A stretch of DNA of 64,000 nucleotides, taken from Thermoplasmata archaeon. GTDB lineage: Archaea > Thermoplasmatota > Thermoplasmata > Lutacidiplasmatales > UBA184. The stretch is from positions 12,976 to 76,975 of the forward strand of contig JAKIVX010000006.1 of assembly GCA_022750335.1 (NCBI GenBank). The letters run 5' to 3'. This document shows positions 1 through 9,898 of this stretch, piece by piece. The position numbers and the translations under genes were made by a program. Each line of letters starts with the position of its first letter. The stretch's first letter is position 1. A model generated the notes under the pieces. It made no database searches. It was not told where the DNA came from and saw only the letters and a program-made list of their open reading frames with translations.

Positions 1-660
1 GCGGCCAACGGCGTGATCGAGGCCTACCTCCGCCCGATCGCGTTCTCGGGGTATGGGCAGATGGGCCTCGACCCCACCCAGAGCACGACCCGCGTCGCGA
101 TCGGCATGTGGGAGTGGGGGGCGTACCTGGGCGCCGCTGGGGTCGAGAACGGGGTGCGGGCGACCGTCTCGAGCTGGGCCCGGATGGATTCCCGATCGCT
201 CCCGCCGCAGGCAAAGTGTGCGGCCAACTATGCCAACTCCGCGCTCGCGAAGATGGAGGCCGTCCACGCCGGGTACGACGAGGCGATCCTGCTGAATGCC
301 CAGGGCCTGGTCGCCGAGGGGCCGGGCGAGAATATCTTCCGCGTGAAGCACGGGGTCGTCAGCACGCCGCCGGCCAGCTCGGGCATCCTGCGCGGGGTCA
401 CGCGCGACTCCGTCATCCGATTCGTCGCGGACGAGGGACTCGAGTTCCGGCGCAACGACTTCACGCGGGAGGAACTGTTCACCTCGGACGAGTTGTTCTA
501 CACGGGCACGGCGGCCGGGATCACGCCGATCCGGGAGGTCGACGGTCGACCGATCGGTTCGGGGAGCTACCCGATCGTCCGGCGGCTCCAGGCCCGGTAC
601 GACGACGCGATCCACGGCCGCACCCCGCTGTACGCGGAGTGGCTCACGTACGGGTCCTAG
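1..660 (+). CDS. ilvE: Branched-chain amino acid aminotransferase (5'-truncated by window edge)
   Basis: Motifs YLRP, AKCAANY (PLP Lys), GYDEAILL, EGPGENIF, ILRGVTR, TGTAA; frame open from position 1. Confidence 0.93.
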   Translation, partial: AANGVIEAYLRPIAFSGYGQMGLDPTQSTTRVAIGMWEWGAYLGAAGVENGVRATVSSWARMDSRSLPPQAKCAANYANSALAKMEAVHAGYDEAILLNAQGLVAEGPGENIFRVKHGVVSTPPASSGILRGVTRDSVIRFVADEGLEFRRNDFTREELFTSDELFYTGTAAGITPIREVDGRPIGSGSYPIVRRLQARYDDAIHGRTPLYAEWLTYGS

Positions 661-1414
661 CGGGGGCGGTCCGGGAGCCGACCGGGCCGGTCGCCGGTAC
701 GAACGCTTCGTTCGCCTGGTCGAGCGCGAGGCGGCTGTATCGTTCGAGGGCGGCGCGCTGGGTCGGCGAGAGCCGGAGCGCGGGCCACCCCCAGTGGATC
801 GCCACGGAGTCACCGGCCCGGGGATGGTCGATCACCTGGGGGTCGTAGCTCAGCTCTCGGTCCACGACGGGGCCCCAGGCGACCCGTTCCTGGTCCCGGA
901 CGAGGGTCGGCCCGCGCACCAAGAGGTGTTCGTCGGTCGCGTCGACCACCTCCGCCCATGCCGGTCGGCAGGCCTCCATATTGACGAGCGTGGTCGGAAC
1001 ATGTCCCGTCACGTTCCCGACCCCGACGAATGCCACGTGGAACAGGTGGTGCGGCAGCGGCCGGGACGGAAGTCGTCCGGCCAGGCGCTCGGCCATCGAC
1101 CGCGGCAAGCCGCGGCGGACGAGCGCCGAGAGCAACCGCGCGAAATCCTCCCGCTCGAAGGCGTCGAGGAGCGGGTTGCCGACCCAGTAGGCCTCCACGA
1201 CCTCCGCGTCGAACGGCTTCCGTCCGTGTTTCTCGGCGATCATCTCGAGATACGGCATCAGGGCCTCGAAGCCGGAGAGGGCCCTTGCCGCCTCGGCGTG
1301 CCCCGAGTCGGACGTGATGGCCCGATAGAGAAGCGGCTCCGCGTCCGCAGGCCCACAGTACTGGAGCCGGTTCGTGGCGAGGCTGAACCGGGCCCCGAGC
1401 TGGACGCCGTTCAT
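644..1414 (-). CDS. DUF6390-like hydrogenase-associated protein
   Basis: NRLQYCGP, FEALMPYLEMIA, VVEAYWVGN, PHHLFHV and C-terminal GDSVAIHWG; last gene of the hydrogenase operon. Confidence 0.75.
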   Translation of the reverse strand: MNGVQLGARFSLATNRLQYCGPADAEPLLYRAITSDSGHAEAARALSGFEALMPYLEMIAEKHGRKPFDAEVVEAYWVGNPLLDAFEREDFARLLSALVRRGLPRSMAERLAGRLPSRPLPHHLFHVAFVGVGNVTGHVPTTLVNMEACRPAWAEVVDATDEHLLVRGPTLVRDQERVAWGPVVDRELSYDPQVIDHPRAGDSVAIHWGWPALRLSPTQRAALERYSRLALDQANEAFVPATGPVGSRTAPARTRT

Positions 1415-1415
1415 G

Positions 1416-2369
1416 TCACGCGAGGGCGGGCGCCGGTTCGGCGGCCCGGAGGGTATCCGCGAGGTCGCTCCACCGGCGCCATCCGACCACCACGGTCACC
1501 CCGACGAGTATCGCGATGACACCTCCCACCTCGTCGAGCGTGAACGGGAGCCCTCGAACGAGCACGCCGAGGAGCCACGTGACCGGAAATCCCACGACCA
1601 GGACGGAGGTGGCCACTGTGAGGTCCACCCGCTGCAGGCCAGCGTACCAGGTGAGGACGAAGGCCGCGAGGAAGGCGGCGCTGATGGCGACCCACACCCA
1701 CTGGCTCCCGCTCATCGAGGCGACGGCGCCGAACTGGCTCGTCAGCGCGAGATACCCGACCAGGAAGAGCGCGCCGAACCCCATCCGACCGGCACCGACT
1801 GTCGTAGACCGCAGCCGAGCGAGGAGCTTCTTGGAAAGGGTGTACTCGCCAGCCCAGAGCACGGTCGCCGCGAGGACGTAGGTGGTTCCGGGCGTCCACA
1901 GGGGCGAAATGATCGAGAGCAGGAGGAGGTTCCCCGCGAGGAGCAGCGCCGCACCGACGAACACGCGGGCCGGAAACCGTTCTCGGAGCAGGACCACCCC
2001 GAAGACCGTGGCCATTAGAAACAGCGTTCGGTAGACGAACGAGGCCGTGGCCGCGCCATGGGCGGCCGTCGCGAGCGCGAGGCCGTGGAAGAAGAGGAGA
2101 AAGGGAATGGCGCCCCCGATGAGCCCGACGAGCGCGAGCCAACCCAGATCCGCCGCGCGCAGCCGCTCCGGGGCCCGTCGACCGAGGAGCAGGGCGACCG
2201 GAACAAGGAGGGCGGCGACCGACAGGTTGCGGACGGTCACGAACGCGTCCGAGCTGGTTCCGACGAGTGCGTAGGAGTTCAGGAAGGTGGAGCATCCGCT
2301 GATGATCGCCGTGGCCAGCACGAGCAGGAGTCCCACCGCCGCGAAGCGACCGGTGGACGAAGCGGTCAC
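1416..2369 (-). CDS. DMT/EamA family transporter
   Basis: About 10 hydrophobic segments in two EamA repeats (GGAIPFLLFFHGL, FVLTWYAGL, LLRER). Confidence 0.88.
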   Translation of the reverse strand: MTASSTGRFAAVGLLLVLATAIISGCSTFLNSYALVGTSSDAFVTVRNLSVAALLVPVALLLGRRAPERLRAADLGWLALVGLIGGAIPFLLFFHGLALATAAHGAATASFVYRTLFLMATVFGVVLLRERFPARVFVGAALLLAGNLLLLSIISPLWTPGTTYVLAATVLWAGEYTLSKKLLARLRSTTVGAGRMGFGALFLVGYLALTSQFGAVASMSGSQWVWVAISAAFLAAFVLTWYAGLQRVDLTVATSVLVVGFPVTWLLGVLVRGLPFTLDEVGGVIAILVGVTVVVGWRRWSDLADTLRAAEPAPALA

Positions 2370-2457
2370 GGGCCCAACTCCTCCGACGGTAGCTCCGCGG
2401 ACGACGCCCCGCCCCCGGACCAGTCCGGTCGGAGGGATCGGGGGTCCAGCGGGACGT

Positions 2458-2706
2458 TCACGCGTCCGTCGACCCCGTGAGCTGTTGGATCTGCCGGAAG
2501 TGTTCCTGCGCCTCGAGGGCTTCGGACTCGGGGATGAGCGCGGTCGCGAACCCCGCGTGGACGATCACGAAGTCGCCCACGCCGGCTTCGGGCAGGAAAA
2601 CGAGGTTCACCGTTCGGCGGATGCCGGAGAAGTCGACTTCCGCGGTCCGCGCCTCCGGCGTCTCCTCGATCATGCGGAGGACCATACCGGGAATCGATAG
2701 GCACAT
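2458..2706 (-). CDS. hypC: Hydrogenase maturation chaperone HypC/HybG
   Basis: N-terminal MCLSIPG and GDFVIVHAGFA motifs; ATG at 2706. Confidence 0.95.
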   Translation of the reverse strand: MCLSIPGMVLRMIEETPEARTAEVDFSGIRRTVNLVFLPEAGVGDFVIVHAGFATALIPESEALEAQEHFRQIQQLTGSTDA

Positions 2707-2748
2707 CGGACGTTCCTCCTCTCGCACTCCCCAAGCCGCTTCGGTTCA

Positions 2749-3030
2749 TCACCCTACGCCCCCCGGCCCATCGTCGGCGGTCATCTCCACCAGTCGGACC
2801 CGCTGGGCCGCGGGGTCCGACGGGTCCGTGGACAGGTCGATCTCGAGCTGGCACTCCGCCGCTGAGGTGTCGGCGACCACCTCGGGCCACCTCCGACGGA
2901 TCGACCCCGGCGTGACGTGAGCGAGCGCTCCCACCCAGAGTCGAACCCGAACGATCCGGACCGTCCCTCCGGCGGGCGCCAGTTCCCGCACCTTCCGGCG
3001 GAGGTCTCGGAGCAGGGCTTCCTCATGCAT
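2749..3030 (-). CDS. hypA: Short HypA-like nickel metallochaperone lacking Zn-finger
   Basis: MHE N-terminal Ni motif, VRLWVGALAHV; ATG overlaps the protease stop; no CxxC pairs. Confidence 0.8.
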   Translation of the reverse strand: MHEEALLRDLRRKVRELAPAGGTVRIVRVRLWVGALAHVTPGSIRRRWPEVVADTSAAECQLEIDLSTDPSDPAAQRVRLVEMTADDGPGGVG

Positions 3031-3568
3031 CGGTGGGCTCCATTCCCGTCGGGGAGGGCGCGACGGTGTCGTGCCGGGCGATCTCCGCCACGATCGCACC
3101 CGTGAGCGAACCCAGCACCCGCAGTACGGCCGGAGAGAGCCCGATCCCGGGCGAGAAATCGTCCCCCTCCACACCGAAGACCACGAGCCGGTCCGGGAGC
3201 TGGTGGAGGGTCGCTCCGAGACGCCAGGCCTCCCCCACGCTGAGCCCGTGGGTCGACGCGGCTGGCGACTCGGACAGGACGCGGGAGAGGTCTCCCACGA
3301 ACCGGTGGAATCTTCCGGGATTCCCCTGGGACGGGATGGCATCCACGAGAACGACGAACCCGACGCCGGCCCACAGGTCGAGCAACCCCGTGCTCTCCCC
3401 GTCAAATCGAACGACCCGGACCCGATCCCCGAGGCGCGCGCCCACCTGGTCGGCCGCCTCGAGTCCGACCGCATCGTCGTGTCGGTGGACATTGCCGACC
3501 CCGATGACGAGCGGTCGGTGGTTGGCGGTGACCGGTGGTTCCTTTCGTTCCGGCACGGTCGAACTCAC
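3023..3568 (-). CDS. Hydrogenase maturation protease (HycI/HoxW type)
   Basis: VIGVGN..RHDDAVG, VVLVDA, STHG motifs; GTG start overlaps large-subunit stop (GTGA). Confidence 0.92.
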   Translation of the reverse strand: MSSTVPERKEPPVTANHRPLVIGVGNVHRHDDAVGLEAADQVGARLGDRVRVVRFDGESTGLLDLWAGVGFVVLVDAIPSQGNPGRFHRFVGDLSRVLSESPAASTHGLSVGEAWRLGATLHQLPDRLVVFGVEGDDFSPGIGLSPAVLRVLGSLTGAIVAEIARHDTVAPSPTGMEPTDA

Positions 3569-4860
3569 TCTCGGACCAGTTCGACGGACAGGAAGTGCGT
3601 CGCACAGGAGATGCACGGGTCGTGGTTGCGGATGGCCCGCTCGCACGCGAAGGTGAGGGCCGGTGTGTCGAGGTCGAGCGATCGGGTGACCAAGTGACGC
3701 AGGTCGTCCTCGATCCGTTTCTGGTTCTGCGCGGTCGGGGCTACGATGTGGGCCGTGCGCAAGAGGCCGCTCGGGTCCACGTCGTAGGCGTGGTAGAGCA
3801 GGCCCCGCGGCGCTTCGGTGGCCGCGGCGCCGTGGGTCGGATGGTCGATGGGGGGAGCCTCGACCCAGGGCCGTTCGGGGGGCCGGTACCGGTCGATAAT
3901 GCGCACCGCCTCCTCGCACGCGTAGACGACCTCGACCGCGCGCACGAGGACGCTGCGGAAGGGGTTGCGGACCACCGGTTCGAGTCCGACCTCCTGCGCG
4001 ACCCGCAGGGCGCGCGGGGAAAGTCGGTCGTGGTTGAGCGCGTAGCGGGCCATCGGGCCTACCAGGTACGACCCGGCCCCTTTGTGGACGGAATGGAGCG
4101 CGTGCGAGTGCGGCATCTGGACCTCCTCGAACGTTCCGTCGAAGTCCGCGGGGTCGATGTCGACGCCGGTGCTCGACTCGATCCGCCCCTCGTTGAGGGG
4201 GTACTCCTCCGGGTGGCGGAGCGCGACGAACTCGTAGTCCTCCTCGACCTTCGGAAATTCGAATCCGGCGACGAACCGGACCGTCTCCTCGGCGAGGGCG
4301 AGCGCTCGCACGACCTCCCCGCGTAGGTCCGCGACCTCGTCCCGGCTCGGACACCGGTAGAACCCGCCCACGCGGACGTTGATCGGGTGGATCTCCCGGC
4401 CCCCGAGCATCCGCATGATGGCGTTGCCCGCTTTCTTGAGCGCGAGACCGCGCTGTACCGCCTCCGGATGGTCCCGCGCCAGCTGGATCGCGTCCGGATA
4501 CCCCAGGAAATCGGGCGCGTGCAGGAGGTAGATATGGAGCGCGTGGCTCTCGATCCACTCGCCGCAGTAGAGCAGCCGTCGGAGCTCCCGTAGGGTTCCT
4601 CCGACTTCGATCCCCAGCGCGCGCTCGAGGGCGTGGCACGCGCTCATCTGGTAGGCGACGGGGCAGATCCCGCAGATGCGGGCGGTGACGTCCGGCGCCT
4701 CGGTGTAGTGGCGCCCCCGCAGGAACGCCTCGAAGAACCGGGGCGGTTCGAAGATGCGGAGCTCCACCTCCTCCACGGTCCGGTCGCGAATGCGGACTCG
4801 GAGCGCGCCCTCGCCTTCGACGCGCGCGAGATAGTTCACGGCGATCGTCCGTTCAGTCAC
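3565..4860 (-). CDS. Group 3b [NiFe]-hydrogenase large (alpha) subunit
   Basis: ARVEGEG, L1 [11 protein letters not shown]2 DPCISCATH plus cleavable C-terminal tail; true start GTG at 4860 overlaps delta stop. Confidence 0.95.
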   Translation of the reverse strand: MTERTIAVNYLARVEGEGALRVRIRDRTVEEVELRIFEPPRFFEAFLRGRHYTEAPDVTARICGICPVAYQMSACHALERALGIEVGGTLRELRRLLYCGEWIESHALHIYLLHAPDFLGYPDAIQLARDHPEAVQRGLALKKAGNAIMRMLGGREIHPINVRVGGFYRCPSRDEVADLRGEVVRALALAEETVRFVAGFEFPKVEEDYEFVALRHPEEYPLNEGRIESSTGVDIDPADFDGTFEEVQMPHSHALHSVHKGAGSYLVGPMARYALNHDRLSPRALRVAQEVGLEPVVRNPFRSVLVRAVEVVYACEEAVRIIDRYRPPERPWVEAPPIDHPTHGAAATEAPRGLLYHAYDVDPSGLLRTAHIVAPTAQNQKRIEDDLRHLVTRSLDLDTPALTFACERAIRNHDPCISCATHFLSVELVRE

Positions 4861-5648
4861 GGCGACGACTCCTTCTCCGCCGCATCGCCTGCCGCACGGA
4901 ACGCGGGGGCCAGCGCGTTGAACGTGCGGAAGACGCGCATCACCGCCGAGGGGTCCATCCCGAGCTCGGAGAGCTTGGGGACCAGCGCACCGGTGTTGGG
5001 CGTGTCCTGGGGGCCGAAGCAGCCGTAGCAGCCGCGATGGAACCCCGGGCAGATCGCGCCGCATCCGGACTGGGTCACGGGTCCGAGGCACGGGGTTCCA
5101 TGGGCCACGACGACACAGACGTGTCCCCGGCGCTTGCACTCGATGCAGACGCTCTCGGTGGGGACGTTCGGGGCCCGTCCCCCGAGGAACGCCGAGATGA
5201 CCTCGAGGAGCTGGCCCTTGTCGATCGGGCAGCCCCGCAGCTCGAAATCGACGGGGACGTGGTCGCGGATCGGGGTCGAGGTCGCGAGGGTCTGGATGAA
5301 CTCGGGTCGGGCGTAGACGACCCGGGCGAATTCCCGTACGTCCCCGAAGTTGCGGAGCGCCTGAATGCCGCCCGCCGTCGCGCACGCGCCGATCGTGACC
5401 AGCGTCTTCGATTGGGCGCGGATCTCCGCGATCCGTGCGAGTTCGGCGGGGGTCGTGATGGACCCTTCCACGAGGGCGAGGTCGAACGGCCCTTCCAGGA
5501 CCGCGCTCGACGCTTCCCGGAAGTCGGCGATCTCGACTCGCTCGGCGACCGCGAGGAGGTCGTCCTCGCAGTCGAGCAGGGTGAGTTGGCACCCGTCGCA
5601 CGAGGCGAACTTGAACACGCCCAACCGGGGGCGGGCAGAGGCTCCCAC
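4857..5648 (-). CDS. Group 3b hydrogenase small (delta) subunit
   Basis: [50 protein letters not shown] Fe-S motifs. Confidence 0.93.
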   Translation of the reverse strand: MGASARPRLGVFKFASCDGCQLTLLDCEDDLLAVAERVEIADFREASSAVLEGPFDLALVEGSITTPAELARIAEIRAQSKTLVTIGACATAGGIQALRNFGDVREFARVVYARPEFIQTLATSTPIRDHVPVDFELRGCPIDKGQLLEVISAFLGGRAPNVPTESVCIECKRRGHVCVVVAHGTPCLGPVTQSGCGAICPGFHRGCYGCFGPQDTPNTGALVPKLSELGMDPSAVMRVFRTFNALAPAFRAAGDAAEKESSP

Positions 5649-5649
5649 G

Positions 5650-6522
5650 TTACAGCTCCCGGACGGAGAGGAACCGCCGCACGTCGTGATAGCGGAATAC
5701 CGGACCGTCGCGGCAGACGAACTCGGGGCCCAGCTGGCAATGCCCGCAGAGCCCGACCGCGCACTTCATGTTCCGTTCGAGAGAGACGTAGATGGCCGAG
5801 TCGGTTACCCCCCGGGCCTCGAGCGCTTGCGCCGTGAACTTCATCATGACCTCTGGTCCGCAGAGGAAGGCGACGGTCCGGGCCGGTTCGACGCGAATGT
5901 CCGGGACGCGGGCCGTCACCAGTCCGACGTCCCCATACCAGTCCCGGCCGGCAGCGTCAACGGTCGTCTGGAACCGGAGATCGCTCCGACCCCGCCACTC
6001 CTGGATCTGGCGGTAGTAGACGAGGTCCTTCGGCGTCCGTGCGCCGTAGATGACCTCGATGCGACCGTACCGCTCGCGGTGGCGGAGCAGCTCGTAGAGG
6101 ACGGGCCGGAGCGGAGGGAGGCCGAGACCTCCCGCGACCAGGACGACGTCCCTCCCCACCGCCTCCTCCAGCGGCCATCCGGACCCGTACGGACCCCGGA
6201 CCCCGACGGTCGAGCCGGGAGCCGCCCCCGTCAACGCCCCCGAGATCTTTCCGGCCGTCCGGACCGTGTGGACGAGCGCTTCCGGGAGCGCCGGATCTCC
6301 GCTCACCGAGATCGCGGCTTCACCTACGCCGAAGACGTAGAGCATGTTGAACTGCCCGGGGCGGAACGGATGGAGAGGGGTGCCCTTCGCCGGCGAGAGC
6401 GTGAGGGTCACCGTATCCGCCGTCTCGGCGGTGCGCCGATCGACCCGATACGGGACCGGGTACCACGGGCTCTGGTCCGAGAGGTCGCCGGCGAGCGGCC
6501 CGGGCGTCCCGTCAGTGGCCAT
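5650..6522 (-). CDS. Group 3b hydrogenase gamma subunit (FAD/NAD(P)-binding, 2Fe-2S)
   Basis: [49 protein letters not shown]. Confidence 0.93.
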   Translation of the reverse strand: MATDGTPGPLAGDLSDQSPWYPVPYRVDRRTAETADTVTLTLSPAKGTPLHPFRPGQFNMLYVFGVGEAAISVSGDPALPEALVHTVRTAGKISGALTGAAPGSTVGVRGPYGSGWPLEEAVGRDVVLVAGGLGLPPLRPVLYELLRHRERYGRIEVIYGARTPKDLVYYRQIQEWRGRSDLRFQTTVDAAGRDWYGDVGLVTARVPDIRVEPARTVAFLCGPEVMMKFTAQALEARGVTDSAIYVSLERNMKCAVGLCGHCQLGPEFVCRDGPVFRYHDVRRFLSVREL

Positions 6523-6979
6523 GGAGATCCATCAGTTGCAGGCGGGTGTACTCGAGGCGCTGCGCGACGACCGGGAGGAGGCGAAGGAGGAACCGGTACC
6601 CTTCGTCGGGCCGGGATTCGAGGGCGTCCCGGAGCTCGGAGGCCGGGAGCTCGAGGGTCCGGGTGCGTTTGACGGCGCGAGCATCCAGCCGCCACAGGTG
6701 GGGCGGGAGCAGCCAGGACCAACCGAGCACCTCGCCGCCCCCCAAGGTCTGGATGGTGACCCGCGGTCGGTCGGGGGCGACGATCTCGAGCGCGACCTTT
6801 CCTTCGAAGATTAGGATGAAGCGGTCCGCAGGTCCCCCTTCTTGGACGAGGAGGTCGCCGGCGGCGTACGAACGTTCGACCGAGAGCGGGCTCCACCGAC
6901 GGAGCAGCTCGGGGTCCGTTCCGGTGAAGAACCGGTGGTCCGCGAGTCGCAATCCCGGCGTCGCCGAGGTCGCGCTCAG
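6512..6979 (-). CDS. Stand-alone cyclic-nucleotide-binding (CAP_ED) domain protein
   Basis: [39 protein letters not shown]; start uncertain (CTG 6979 or TTG 6952). Confidence 0.85.
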   Translation of the reverse strand: MSATSATPGLRLADHRFFTGTDPELLRRWSPLSVERSYAAGDLLVQEGGPADRFILIFEGKVALEIVAPDRPRVTIQTLGGGEVLGWSWLLPPHLWRLDARAVKRTRTLELPASELRDALESRPDEGYRFLLRLLPVVAQRLEYTRLQLMDLHGH

Positions 6980-8175
6980 GGAGCCACCCTCCCGCCCGGG
7001 GCGTCCCCGGGCGCGGTCCGCACCGCGGCCACCTCCTCCGTGAGGTCGATTCCCACCGGACACCAGGTGATGCACCGACCACATCCCACACATCCGGACT
7101 CGCCGAACTGGTCGTACCAGGTGCCGAGCTTGTGCGTGAGCCACTGACGGTAGCGAGACTGGGTGGTGGACCGAACGCTGGTGCCGTGCACGGCGGTGAA
7201 CCCGGAGTTGAAGCAGGAGTCCCAACGACGCCACCGCTCGGATTTCTCGGCGGAGAGGTCGGGGACTTCCTCGGTGGTCTGGCAAAAACACGTGGGGCAG
7301 GCCATCGTACAGTTCGTGCAGGAGAGGCACCGACGCGCGACGATCTCCCAGCGTGGATTCTCGGGGTTGAGGACGAGCAGGTCGCGGAGACCGTTCGTGT
7401 CCATGGTCCGACCCATGGACGCCGCGGCCCGCCCGACGCTCGCTACTGCGGAGCGGAATTCATCCTCGGTTGCCGGTCGGAGCGGGACGCCGTCTAGTAT
7501 CCGCGCACCTGACTCGGAGCCCACCTCCACGAGGAAGTAGTGCCGACCCTCGTGGAGAACCTCGGTGAGCGAAAGGTCGTGTCCGCCCGTCACCGCGGGT
7601 CCGGTCTTCATCGACACACAGAAGCAGGTGGCTCCCGCCTGGCCGCACTGCACGGCGATCCGAAGCGTGCGGGTTCGACGCTCGGCGTAGCTCGGGTCGC
7701 CGGCCTTTCCAAAGACCCGGTCCGACACCCCGAGGGCCGCGAGCTCGCAGGCCCGCACGCCCAGGAACGCGAGAGGGGTCGGGTCCACGGGTTCGGGCTG
7801 CACGACGAACGAGCGGCCGTCCCGAACGGCGGTGAAGAGTCGCTCTCGGGAGGGGAACAGATACTTCTTCCAGCTGTGGGGGCCCACGTTGTACCCGAAC
7901 AGCGCCGCGTCCGCCCGTTGCTCGAGACGATAGCGTCCCGCCTCCTGACGGTCTGTCCAGCCGATCGGAAGGTCGGACTCCTGTCGGATCTCACCATAGA
8001 CAATCGCCCCGTCGCGAATCGTCGGTCCGACCGTGCGGTATCCGGCGGTGCGAAGCGACCGGAGCAGGCTCGGAAACTCCGTACGCTCGAGGACGTGGCG
8101 CGACCCCAGAGCCGGCCGCTCTACGGAACTCGCAGCGGAGGGGCCGGGGCCGGGTCCACTCGATCGGCCACTCAT
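6976..8175 (-). CDS. Group 3b hydrogenase beta subunit (4Fe-4S dicluster)
   Basis: [42 protein letters not shown]; ATG at 8175 after GGAGG. Confidence 0.93.
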   Translation of the reverse strand: MSGRSSGPGPGPSAASSVERPALGSRHVLERTEFPSLLRSLRTAGYRTVGPTIRDGAIVYGEIRQESDLPIGWTDRQEAGRYRLEQRADAALFGYNVGPHSWKKYLFPSRERLFTAVRDGRSFVVQPEPVDPTPLAFLGVRACELAALGVSDRVFGKAGDPSYAERRTRTLRIAVQCGQAGATCFCVSMKTGPAVTGGHDLSLTEVLHEGRHYFLVEVGSESGARILDGVPLRPATEDEFRSAVASVGRAAASMGRTMDTNGLRDLLVLNPENPRWEIVARRCLSCTNCTMACPTCFCQTTEEVPDLSAEKSERWRRWDSCFNSGFTAVHGTSVRSTTQSRYRQWLTHKLGTWYDQFGESGCVGCGRCITWCPVGIDLTEEVAAVRTAPGDAPGGRVAP

Positions 8176-8197
8176 TCCCGACCCTCCGCGGAGGTCA

Positions 8198-8974
8198 TCA
8201 GACGGTCGCATACAGGGCCGTTCGGGCGAGGAAGTCATCGATGCGGACCCGGTCGGCGCGACCGGCGTCGCGGACCCGGTCGAGCTCGGTCTGCCACTTC
8301 TCAGCGACCCCGGGGGAGAAAGTGGTCGGGACGTGGGTCCGGATGTACTGGGCCTCGAACTCATGCCACGCCCGCTCGGCACGACTTTCCTGGGTCAGCG
8401 TGAGCCCGAGCAGCGCACTGTAGCCGCGGATCTTCTCTTCGTAGCCGCGCAACATCACCCGGACGGTGGCCCAGCGCACGCGGGCATGATCGTAGTCGGA
8501 GATCAGCTGCTGCAGCGAGAGAAGAGCAGCCGGTCCCTGCGCGGGATCGACGTCCGCGAGGTGGAGGAGCTGCAGCTGGGCGTCGTGCAGTTCGGTCAGG
8601 TAGCGGTCGACCAGACCCAATCCCTCCTCGAGCGCCTCGGGGGGTACCGTCTCGTTGTTGATGAGTCGCATCCCGAACGCGTCGAGACGGAGGAGCAGCG
8701 GTGAGAGCACGAGGTCGTGCTCCCGTTTGAGACCGTACTGGAGCCGGGTCACCAGCTCGGCGGAGGACACCCTCTCCCCGGGGACCTTCGGGGGAGTCGG
8801 TCGACGCCACTCGTGGAGACGATGCCGCAGCCGGTCGAGGGCCTGTCGGGCCTTCTCAAAATCCCGTCGGAACGCCTCGCTGAGGCTCCCCTCCGGGGAG
8901 GTGCTCAGCTCCCCAGTCGGGTCCGTCGGTGGCGCTCCGCGGGACCGGGTGGGCTTGGACGTAGGAGGGGCCAT
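8198..8974 (-). CDS. Hypothetical protein, degenerate hemerythrin-like helical bundle
   Basis: LKREHDLV..., ELHD, DYDHAR and WHEFE spacing resembles the HHE cation-binding domain with several ligands altered; first gene of the operon. Confidence 0.55.
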   Translation of the reverse strand: MAPPTSKPTRSRGAPPTDPTGELSTSPEGSLSEAFRRDFEKARQALDRLRHRLHEWRRPTPPKVPGERVSSAELVTRLQYGLKREHDLVLSPLLLRLDAFGMRLINNETVPPEALEEGLGLVDRYLTELHDAQLQLLHLADVDPAQGPAALLSLQQLISDYDHARVRWATVRVMLRGYEEKIRGYSALLGLTLTQESRAERAWHEFEAQYIRTHVPTTFSPGVAEKWQTELDRVRDAGRADRVRIDDFLARTALYATV

Positions 8975-9343
8975 GACGGAGGAACTCCGCGTCGCTCTAT
9001 GAAAGCGGAGTGAAGGGTAGTTGACTCTGGTTCCTCGCACGGGTGATCTCGGGCGTCCTTGGCCCGGTCCCGCGCGTGCAGCGGTGGGCGGTGACGTTCG
9101 CCGATCGCTCGTTCGAGGGTGCCTGCGACCCGATGAGGCGGAACGCGAGGACCGCGACCCCGAACCAAGCGAACCCTGGGCGCCCATGTTACCTGTCAGC
9201 AACAAGGTGCTCGCGGATCCTCCGACGGACACTCCACCGACCGTTCCCCGTCGGCGCCGCTCCCGATCCCTCCTCCCTCGCGGGAATCGGACTCAAGGAA
9301 GGTTGACCTCCGGCTCTAATAGACAGAAGGCGGAATCCGGGGC

Positions 9344-9898
9344 ATGTCCGGTCCGTTGGTCAGCGACCTGCTCCGTCCCTACCTCGTGGAGGAAGTGATG
9401 TCGTCGCCGGTCTATTCCGCGCGGCCCGAGGAGAGTCTCCTCTCCGCGGCTCGAACGATGCGAACGCACCACGTGTCCGGCTTGCCGGTCGTCGACCCGG
9501 AAGGTCGAGTCGTCGGGGTCCTCAGCGAGAAGGATATCGTCGGGAACCTCGACCATCAGGTCGGCATCGGCCACGCTCGCGGGGTTCTCGACATCCTCTT
9601 AGCCGGGTACGAGCCGAAGCATCACGACTTGCTGCAGCGCGCGGTCGCGGCCCTGCTGACAGGTGTCGTCCGGGACGCGATGTCCCATCCGGCGGCGACA
9701 ATCGAGGCGGATGCGCCCCTTAGCGAGGCGTGGCATCTGTTGAGGCAATTCTCCGTCAACCGGTTGCCGGTGGTGCGGGCCGATCACCTGTCCGGGATCA
9801 TCACCCGTCAGGACGTGCTCGGGGTTCTGGAGTCCAAACCCTCAGCCCGACCCCGATCCACCCCGAAGGGTAAGGGGTCGAAGCGGACCCCGGGATGA
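9344..9898 (+). CDS. CBS-domain protein
   Basis: Two CBS repeats (VEEVMS..HVSGLPVVD..GVLSEKDI; VRDAMS..VNRLPVV..GIITRQDV); stop overlaps fhs start (ATGA). Confidence 0.9.
   Translation: MSGPLVSDLLRPYLVEEVMSSPVYSARPEESLLSAARTMRTHHVSGLPVVDPEGRVVGVLSEKDIVGNLDHQVGIGHARGVLDILLAGYEPKHHDLLQRAVAALLTGVVRDAMSHPAATIEADAPLSEAWHLLRQFSVNRLPVVRADHLSGIITRQDVLGVLESKPSARPRSTPKGKGSKRTPG

Noticed and set aside
3590-3625. Possible selenocysteine ([NiFeSe]) hydrogenase
   Set aside because: The L2 motif is encoded with TGC/TGT Cys codons (DPCISCATH); there is no in-frame TGA
3565-5601. 678-aa ORF-track version of the large subunit
   Set aside because: The upstream 247 codons overlap the delta subunit in another frame; the real start is GTG at 4860
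9020-9035. GTTGACTCTG shared with 33734-33743 as a possible common regulatory motif
   Set aside because: Only a 10-nt match at two sites, not palindromic; compatible with chance
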